Source of the DNA: Fonticula alba ATCC 38817
Taxonomy: Eukaryota > Protista > Nucleariida
Assembly (NCBI GenBank): GCA_000388065.2
Contig: KB932208.1
Length of the DNA stretch: 26,719 nt
Strand: one strand, 5' to 3'
A model generated the notes under the pieces. That model ran no database searches, had not been told where the DNA came from, and saw only the letters and a list, made by a program, of their open reading frames with translations. The translations under genes were made by a program, and so were the position numbers. This document shows, piece after piece, positions 19,501 to 26,719 of the stretch; the stretch's first letter is position 1; each line of letters starts with the position of its first letter.

Positions 19501-20130
19501 CTCTACGTGCAGGAGAACATGATCCCGATGAGGTCGATCCCGCCGTCGCTCCGCCGCATGGCCGGGGAGCCGGGCGACACGGCGGGCCCCGGGGCCCCGG
19601 GCGGTGGCCCTGGCCAGGCGCCTGCCGCGGCGCCGGTTCTCGGCGCCTCGACCCGACGGTGGGTGCTGCTTCTGCCGTCGGACGCCCCGCCGGCCGGGGC
19701 CCGGGAAATGGACACCCTGCCCGGGGTGCTGACCAACGGGGTGGATATCTTCATCCGGGTGCCGGCCACGCTGGAGGGGGAGGCCCTCTTCGAGAAGCGG
19801 GAGGTCTTTGTGCAGCAGATCCTCAAGGTGGATGGCTGGCTTCGTGAGCGCCGGGCCGCGCTGTCGCTGTCGTCTGGCGGCGGTGGTGGTGGTGGGGCCG
19901 GCGGCCCGGAGGGGGGCGACTCCCCCGGCGGGAGCGGCGCCCTAACCTGGGAACGCAGCGAGGAGGAGATGTCCTTGCTGAAGGCCAAGCTGGCGCTGGT
20001 GGCCGAGATTGCTCGGCACCATGCTCAACTCCGGGCGCTGGCGCTGCGGGAGGTCTTGGCCGACGCCCCGCCGGGCGAGGCTGGCTCCGGTGGTCTGTCG
20101 CGTCTGCGTACGCGCTCCCGGCGCGGCTAG
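16557..20130 (+). CDS. RBSN: Vac1/Pep7/rabenosyn-5-like double-FYVE Rab effector. Exons 16557-16648 (tentative), 17035-17412, 17514-17920, 18115-18872, 19016-19227, 19419-20130; ~852 aa
   Basis: Spliced FYVE1: HWIDES..RCLGC..RHHCR|HCGGVFCAACS..ACYDC. Linker RKLTAAFKKSRKTYQDQLKLDAARALTRAER. Second finger CSNC..CCWLCG..KMCTPCRDLI. Then PEVSVYL|RLRAL..., RLDATA|KKLR and NMIRATGLYVQENMIPMRSIP, which parallel rabenosyn-5 (LIDALSKKI; RMIRYSATLFVQEKLLGLMSLP, recalled). C-terminal FVQQILKVDGWL..EEMSLLKAKL resembles the Rbsn Rab-binding helical hairpin. All junctions are in phase (2559 nt). The first exon and start codon are uncertain. Confidence 0.8.
16645..16692 (+). repeat. 13-bp tandem repeat (GTGTGTATGTCCA)x3 plus a partial copy at the exon 1/intron 1 boundary of the FYVE gene
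   Basis: Directly visible; copies start at 16645, 16658, 16671 and 16684. Confidence 0.9.
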
Positions 20131-20707
20131 CCCCGGGCGCTCGTGCGTGCGTGCGTGTGTGCGGCCGTCCCCCCTTGTTTCTTGCGAAATACACGTACAT
20201 GTGGATGGCCGTCGGCCGGTCTGTCGGTGTGAGCATCTCGCCTCGTCGCATCAAGCTACGACCCGGCAAGCAGGGGCCGAAAGCAGTCCGCCCTGACCGC
20301 ACGCCCAACAGGCGGGCTGGACCCCGAAAAAAAAAAAGCATAGAAGCGAGATGGACATTCACAAAACACGGGTGTACATTCGGTCAGAATCGAAGAGCAG
20401 GGCAGGCCCGATCCTCGGCAGCCCCCCGAGAGAAGGGCGGACCCCGGGAGAGGGAGGCCACCCTGCATGTCACTCGTGCAGATCCCCCCCCCCCCCCTCC
20501 CGGGAGATGGTAGTAAAGGAGGGAGAGGGTAACGGAAGGGGGTGCCACCGATGGAGCGGGAGTGGCGGGCCCTCCGGAGGTGGTGGCGGCGAGGAAATGA
20601 GGCCCCACAGGACGGGGCCGCTGGATATGGGGGGCCGCAGAGGGCCAACGGACCAGCGCCGCTGAGCCAGAACGGGGCAGAGGGGGGAGCGCCGACAGGC
20701 CCGACGG

Positions 20708-20740
20708 NNNNNNNNNNNNNNNNNNNNNNNNNNNNNNNNN
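20708..20740. other. Assembly gap (33 N)
   Basis: N run. Confidence 0.95.
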
Positions 20741-21273
20741 GGGAAAACAAGAATGGGGAATGGACAGCACCTCTCCACTGGCGGTGGCGCGGGCGAGGAC
20801 AGCACCGGCATTGCGGACAAGGCACCATACGCGGCACACAGGGGAGGGGAGAAGGAGCAAGCAGGAAACCCCCTCGCGAGCCGGGTGGACTTGCCGCCCG
20901 GGGCCACGCCGCTGCATCCGGGAATGAGGGGACGTGCCTTGCCCGGCTCGCGCACAGTGCCTGACGGTATCAAACGAGATTCGGCGAGGGGGGGATGTCG
21001 GGAGAAGGGGGGCCTCCACAGGTGATCCTTCTCTGCTTGCCCCTCGCCTGGCCGCCGCACACCATGCATGCCCGGGTGTGCGCTTGTGCAAAGATGCACA
21101 CCACCAGAGAGGGCCGCCAGTGGCCCGGTTGCCGGGTCTCTCAAAATGGAGAGAGAGCAAAACAGGACCCCCACGGGAGGGGCGAGAGCCCGAGGCAGGG
21201 AGAGGGGGAGAGGGGGAGAAGGAGAGGGGGAGAGGAGGAGAGGGGGAGAGGGAGAAGGAGAGGGAGAGAGGGA

Positions 21274-21392
21274 GAGAGAAAGCGACAAACAGAGAGAAAG
21301 CGACAAACAGAGAGAAAGCGACAAACAGAGAGAAAGTAACAAATGGAGAGAGAAAGCGACAAAGAGAGAGAAAGCGACAAACAGGGAGAAAG
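21274..21392 (+). repeat. 18-bp minisatellite (GAGAGAAAGCGACAAACA), three perfect plus about three degenerate copies, preceded by a GA-rich polypurine tract from ~21195
   Basis: Perfect copies at 21274, 21292 and 21310; variants follow without spacers. Confidence 0.9.
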
Positions 21393-21513
21393 GAAGAAGA
21401 GGGAAGACAACAGAGAAGGGGGAGGAGATTGGAGTTTTGAGGGGACTATATTTCGAGGACACAAGTTCTGGAGCGCATTGCACGCGCGCGCGCGCGCCCA
21501 ACAAGAGAGGGCG

Positions 21514-21536
21514 GCAGCAGCAGCAGCAGCAGCAGC
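21514..21536 (+). repeat. (CAG)7 trinucleotide repeat ~55 bp past the subtilase stop
   Basis: Directly visible; a (CG)n tract lies just upstream at 21483-21497. Confidence 0.85.
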
Positions 21537-21588
21537 CCAGCACACTCCTCCGCGGGAAACACCCAGTGCCAGGACAGGGGAGGGGCAC

Positions 21589-22782
21589 TTAAGCGTAGGG
21601 GGAGTAGAGCAGGCGGTTGGGGGAACCCTTGACGTCGGTGATGACGTTCTTGGTGGAGTTGTTGATGAGGTTGTTCTTGACGGTGGAGGGGGACAGAGAA
21701 CCAGACTGGCCCATCATGAGGGCAGCAACACCGGCAACGTGGGGGGTGGCCATGGAGGTACCGGAGATGGTCTTGGTGGCGGAGGGGGAGCCGATCCAGG
21801 TGGAGGTGATGGACACACCGGGGGCGAAGATGTCGGTGCAGGTACCCCAGTTGGAGAAGGAGGCACGGGCATCGTTGCGGTCGGAGGCGTTGACGGTGAC
21901 GGCGTTGGTGACACGGGCCGGGGAGGAGTTGCAGGCATCGCGGTTGTCGTTACCGGAGGCAACGATGACGGAGACACCGGCGTTGATGGCGGCGCGGACG
22001 GCATCGTCGACGGTGTTGTTGGCACCACCACCCAGGGACATGGAGGCGATGGTCTTCTTGTTGGAAGACTTCTTGTGCTGCTCGGCGACCCAGGAGACAC
22101 CGGCGGCCACGTTGGACAGGGAGCCGGAGCCGTTGGCACCGAGGACCTTGACACCGATGAGGGAGGACTTCTTGGCAACACCCCAGGTGGCACTGCCGAT
22201 GGTGCCGGCGCAGTGGGTGCCGTGACCGTTGTCGTCGTTGGCGTTGGAGTTGCCGCCGTGGAAGTTGTAGCCGTTGACCGAGCGACCGCCGAAGTCGGTA
22301 TGGGCGTTGTTGATACCGGTGTCGACGACGTAGACGTTGACACCAGCGCCAGCGTGGTTGTAGTAGCTGTACTTGGTGTTCATGGGCAGGTTGCGCTGGT
22401 CAATGCGGTCCAGGCCCCAGGTGGCGTTGTTCTGGGTGATGGCATCGATGCGGACGATCTGGTCGGCCTCGACGTAGTCGACGATGTCGGAGCGGGCGCG
22501 GATGCGGTCGAGCAGACCCTCGGGGATGAAGCCGGCGACGGCCTTGAACTCGCGGCCGACGCTGAAGAAGCGGCCAATGGAGATGGAGTCGGCGAAGACG
22601 CGGGCATCAGCCATGGAGACGTCCGGGCGGAAGACGACGATGTACTGGCCGGGGATGATCTCAGCATCGTAGTTCTGGATCAGGGGGGCGAGGAACTCCT
22701 CCTGCTCGGTCTCGTGGTGGACGTTGGCCGAGGCGGCGGCAGCGAAGAGGGCAAGGGTGAGGATGGCGTAGAGGGCCTTCAT
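21589..22782 (-). CDS. Secreted subtilisin-like serine protease (S8A, proteinase K/aqualysin/cerevisin group) with signal peptide and I9-type propeptide; 397 aa, intronless
   Basis: Uninterrupted ORF with ccaccATG context. Signal peptide MKALYAILTLALFAAAASA. Propeptide motifs IPGQYIVVF and VDYVEADQIV. Mature start region TWGLDRIDQR. Catalytic triad motifs VYVVDTG (D), GHGTHCAGTIG (H) and SGTSMATPHVAG (S); oxyanion Asn in VASGN. Confidence 0.97.
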   Translation of the reverse strand: MKALYAILTLALFAAAASANVHHETEQEEFLAPLIQNYDAEIIPGQYIVVFRPDVSMADARVFADSISIGRFFSVGREFKAVAGFIPEGLLDRIRARSDIVDYVEADQIVRIDAITQNNATWGLDRIDQRNLPMNTKYSYYNHAGAGVNVYVVDTGINNAHTDFGGRSVNGYNFHGGNSNANDDNGHGTHCAGTIGSATWGVAKKSSLIGVKVLGANGSGSLSNVAAGVSWVAEQHKKSSNKKTIASMSLGGGANNTVDDAVRAAINAGVSVIVASGNDNRDACNSSPARVTNAVTVNASDRNDARASFSNWGTCTDIFAPGVSITSTWIGSPSATKTISGTSMATPHVAGVAALMMGQSGSLSPSTVKNNLINNSTKNVITDVKGSPNRLLYSPYA

Positions 22783-22887
22783 GGTGGAGAGGGGATGTGT
22801 GTTATGACCGGGTCTCGGGGGGGGAAGGGTGACTGGGCAGAACGGGTTGACCGGGGGCTGGGCTGCCTGGGCAGGCGGGTCAGGGAC

Positions 22888-22894
22888 TTAAATA
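22888..22894 (-). promoter_or_regulatory. TATA-like element (TATTTAA) ~106 bp upstream of the subtilase ATG
   Basis: Isolated AT-rich heptamer in very GC-rich flanks at a plausible distance; no transcript data. Confidence 0.4.
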
Positions 22895-24296
22895 CCCGGG
22901 GGGGGGCGGGGCGGGGGGCGGGGGGGGCTGCGTGCGTGTTGGCCCCACACCGCCCGGGCAGGGGCGTCCGGCCGGGCGGATATACACCCTGGCGCCGGCG
23001 TCCGAGAGCCCGGGGCAGCCCGGGGGACAGAGAGGGACCTTCCTGGCACCTGCGTGCTATTGCCTGACCGGGGGGGGGGGGCCGGCAGCCGGTGTGCCCT
23101 ACGCGCGGCGGGCCGCCGCCGGGCCTCGAAACCGGGCTTCCCCGGGGCGCGAGAGGGGCCGCCGGGACACCACCGGGCTGCGGGCCAGCCATGCCCCCCC
23201 CCCCCCCCCCGCCCGGTTCAGCGGGCCCCAGCGGCCTCGGGACCCAGTTGAACAGGAAGGACCCGCCGGAGAAACGGGCCTGGGGCGCGATGGCGAAGAC
23301 ACTAGGCAGGCCTCCCCCACCCGGCCCAGCGCCGCGGCCGGGCGGAAGTGCGAGAGAGGCAGAGAGAGAGAGAGAGCGGAGTCGTGCTGGCTCGCGCGCC
23401 GGCCCGCGCCGGGTCACGCGCTGCTCCCCCTGGGGGCTTTCCGTGACGCGGCCGCGGAAGCCGACCAGTCGTGAGCGGGGAATGCGCGGGAATATTCGGT
23501 CTGCGCGCGGATGGGGGAAGCGTGCGCAGGCCGAGCGGGGGCCGGGGCGTAGAGAGAGAGGCAAGGGGCCACATCATGGCCCAGGGCGCCGGTGCACCTG
23601 GCCTCCCGGATGGCGGCGCCAGGCCGCCCCGGGGTCAGTCTCCCCTGGGGGGGGGGGGGGGCGCTGGCCGGCCAGTGTGACCGCGCTGTGCTCCGACTAC
23701 TGGGAAAACCGCGCGCGCACACGGTCGGGACTGCGGTGCCCAGCTGGGGGGACACGAGGCGGGAGAGCAGCCGCCCTGCCCTCGGGCCGGGCCCAGTCCC
23801 CCGCGCCCCATCGCCGGCGGCCGGAGAGGCGTGCGTCTGCGCGCGCACACGCCCAGCCCCGCCCCCTTCCCGATCGGCCGCCATCCCTCCCGGCGCGCGC
23901 GTACCCTTGGAGCGAGGGGTCAAGAGGGGCAAGCCCGCTCCGGGCCGCGGGTCAGGAGGGAGGCCGGGGGGCGCTCGCGACCAGGGCCTCTCGTCGTCGG
24001 GGGGGAAAAACCGCCGAGCACGTTGGGCGGGCGGCGGGCGGCAGCGGGCCCGAACCAGGGGACCTGGCATGCGGCGCGGGCAGCGCCGCGAGCCCGACAT
24101 CGGCAGCGCGTAGGGTGTAGGGGGGGGGGGCGTCTCGCGCCCAATCCCGGCCGAGGCCGCGAGGCATCCCCACCGATGGACTGACCTTGTGTGGCACTTC
24201 GCCGATGTGCATACGCGCGCGCGCCGGAGGGGGGGGGGGGCACATGCGTGTGTGTGGTGGGAAAATAAACACACGCCCCCGGAGGAGGGCCCAAAC

Positions 24297-24328
24297 TTGG
24301 CCAATAAAAACTCGGCCATTATATATTT
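24297..24328. promoter_or_regulatory. AT-rich island with CCAAT box and TATATA(A) motif; target transcript unknown
   Basis: TTGGCCAATAAAAACTCGGCCATTATATATTT in otherwise extremely GC-rich DNA; shares TATTGGCCA and GGCCATTA with the 13420-13463 element. Confidence 0.35.
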
Positions 24329-26719
24329 CGGTGCCCCCCTCTCGGGCTTGCCCACGCGTCTCGGCGCCGCGCGAAGGGGCCGAGGGGGCCCGGGAGAGGA
24401 TACGCCGCCCCTCGGCCGGGCGGAATCTCCGCGCACAGGCGGCCTCCGGGCATGCCCTTGCCGGGGCGCGCGTGCCTCTCTCTCCCCCCCCCTGCTTCGG
24501 GTGCTGTTTGGGGCCGGCGCGGCTCGCCATTCCGGGGCGCGGGGGGGGAGGCTCCCCTGCTGGGCCCGCGCGCCCGAGCCCCGGGGGAGTCGCTATCTCC
24601 CCGGGCAAAGTCCGCCGGCTAGCGCATGCGCTCACGCGCGGAGCCTGCGGCCAGACCCACCGCGCGGTATCTGCCCCGCGCCCCTGTTGAGCATCCCCGG
24701 AGCGGTGACCGCCGCCCCCGCGAGGGGCGCGCCCAGTCGGTCACACTGGCCGGCTGTCGCCCTGGCGCCCGGGGACCAGCGGGGCCCCCGTTTCGTGGCG
24801 TCAGATACGCAACGCCCCTCCCCCCCCCCCGGCCCATAGCCCGCTAGCGGGCTGGCTGGCGCGCGGGCCCGGGTCATCTAGCGCCAGCCGGCGAGCGTGG
24901 ACGCGCATGTGAGCGCCTGCGCGCGCGCGCGCGCCCCGGGCGCCGGGCGCCGGTGCTTTCCGAGCAGCCCGAGCGCCAGCGTGCCGACCCACCCCGCCAT
25001 GCGGATGCGCGCAGGGCTGCTCCGGCCTCCCGGCCTCCCGGTCGGCTGCTCCGCCGGGGACGAATATTCTCCGCGCGTGCGCGCGCCGGGCGTGCTTGTC
25101 CAGGACAACCCCCCCGCCCTCGGGTCTCGGTTGTTATGCCGGCCTCCCCCGAAGGGCCGGCGGCGGCTCGCGCGGGGGCGGGGCTGGCCACGACAACGGC
25201 GGCTGCTCCGACCGCGGTGTCCGGCCCCGCGCGGGCGATATCCCCCCCCCCCCGGCATCGGGGGGGCCGGACATGAGAGGGCCGGCCGATGGCGCTTTCC
25301 GGGGCGCCGGCCGCCGGTGGCATGTGTGTCTCTTGTTGTGGCGAGGCGCCTGGCCCAGTAGCCGGGGGCGGTGATCCCGCTGCGCTCCTCCGCCGCGCCG
25401 CGGCCCTGCGTGCTGGGCCCCCGGCCTCCTTCGCGGGGGCCGGGGGGAATTAGGGCCATGCTGGCTGCCCCCGCTCCGCGGGCGCCAACCCTCTGGCGGC
25501 GGCTGCGTGCGCCCCCCGCGGGGCCGCCGGGGCCGCACCCGTGTGACCGCTCCAACCCTGGCGGCCGGCCGTGTGCGAGAGAGCCAGGGCGGCCGGCGAG
25601 GACGCGCGCAGTCACGCCTCCCGGCCGCGGCCCAGCGATCTCGGCGCCCCGGACCGCCGCCGCCGTGCCCCCCCCCCCTGGCCGATACGCACCCCAAAGT
25701 CGCGCGAAACAATAACAATGACCCTAGGGAAAGGCGCCGGGGTGCTGAGATGCGTCCTCCCCCCCCCCCCTTCGCCCCCGGCGGCGCCCCACATCCCACC
25801 GCGGCCGTTGGCGTGCTTTCGCGTCCGGGCACGCGGTCCACACGCCCCCCGAGGGTCGCGGGGACCGAGAAAAGGACGACGGAGGGGCCTCCGCGTCCGC
25901 GAGGGGCCGGACATTCCGTCCCCTTTGGTCCCCCCATTTTCGCCCACCCCAGCGAGGCGTGTGACACGCGCCCCCGACGGCTGGCAGGGGCTGGGCGGGG
26001 CGGGCGCCATCCTTCCCCTTCCAGAGACCCCCGGGCCAGGCCACAGAGGGGACCGGCCTCGGGCGAGCGGGGGTGTGTTCGCTGCGGCCTGCGTGCCCGG
26101 CCCCGGCGCCTGGGGGACGGCCATGGTGGGCGGATGTTATTGCTTGTGTCCTGCGCCCCTGGCCGCGTCTTCCCCCCCCCCCCCTGCTGCCGCGGGCCCG
26201 GCAAAAGGGTCAGCCCCCGGCACACGGCCATCCCCGCGCCGGGGGGATGTGCGGGACGCGTCCGGCGTTCCGCCCCCCCCCCTGCTCCGGACGTCCGCCT
26301 CCCTGCTCGGGCGAGACCCTGTCTGGACCCCGAGGCAAGCGGCACCCGGCGAGGGGGAGCGGGCGAGGGATGGCGGAGACCGGAATGCCCGTCGGCCCAT
26401 CCTGGACGCCCCACTTCCAGCTGCCCAAATCATCCCGCCCGAACCGTGGCGGCCGGAGACGGCCGGAAATTCGCCCAGGGTCGATGGGGCGGGCCGCCCG
26501 GGGCGAGCGAAATATCCCCCGCCGTCCCCGGTGGTGATGGCGCTCCCCGGGGTGTCTTCCCCACCCACCCCCGGCGACGAGTGACCAACGCGCCCCTGGA
26601 ACAGCGTTCCCGCGAGAGGGAGGATAACGTGACGAGAGGGGCGCTGTAGTGGAATCCCCATGTAAACGATAGATGAAGCAACACGTGAGTGAATTGCCAC
26701 ACGTGTTACATCGTGGGAA

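Noticed and set aside
21274-21392. Regular 18-bp repeats as a CRISPR-like array
   Set aside because: Head-to-tail copies with no unique spacers, eukaryotic context and no cas genes.
309-22782. The seven genes as a functional cluster or novel system
   Set aside because: Ribosome biogenesis, folate metabolism, an LRR scaffold, an RS protein, endosomal tethering and a secreted protease share no evident pathway, and orientations are mixed. This looks like an ordinary eukaryotic gene neighbourhood.
23092-26700. Many overlapping 100-430-aa ORFs on both strands, and GC hairpins such as 24851-24892
   Set aside because: Arg/Pro/Gly/Ala-rich translations and short stems are expected by chance at this GC level; no motifs, frame-consistent codon bias or splice architecture.

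Overview
This is eukaryotic, GC-rich, intron-containing genomic DNA with six N-gaps. Gene content and style suggest an opisthokont protist, possibly Fonticula-like (inference only). The supplied ORF track uses non-ATG starts and reads through introns and gaps, so I rebuilt gene models by hand from splice sites and reading phase. In order, the genes are: NOC2 (+, 4 exons, 988 aa); a single-TM orphan ORF (+); MTHFR (+, 5' end missing, probably in a gap); an N-myristoylation-motif LRR protein (-, at least one exon hidden in a gap); a conserved uncharacterised RS-rich protein (-); a Vac1/Pep7/rabenosyn-5-like double-FYVE protein (+); and an intronless secreted proteinase-K-family subtilase (-). 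About 3.9 kb with no recognisable gene follows. I found no mobile element, CRISPR array, tRNA or rRNA, and no evidence of a novel multi-gene system: the neighbours look functionally unrelated. The leads most worth following are a eukaryote-type MTHFR that stops right after the catalytic domain (no SAM-binding regulatory domain), a Vac1/rabenosyn whose PI3P-binding signature sits in the first rather than the second FYVE finger, and 5' splice sites with a pyrimidine (mostly C) at +4 in 19 of 20 introns.
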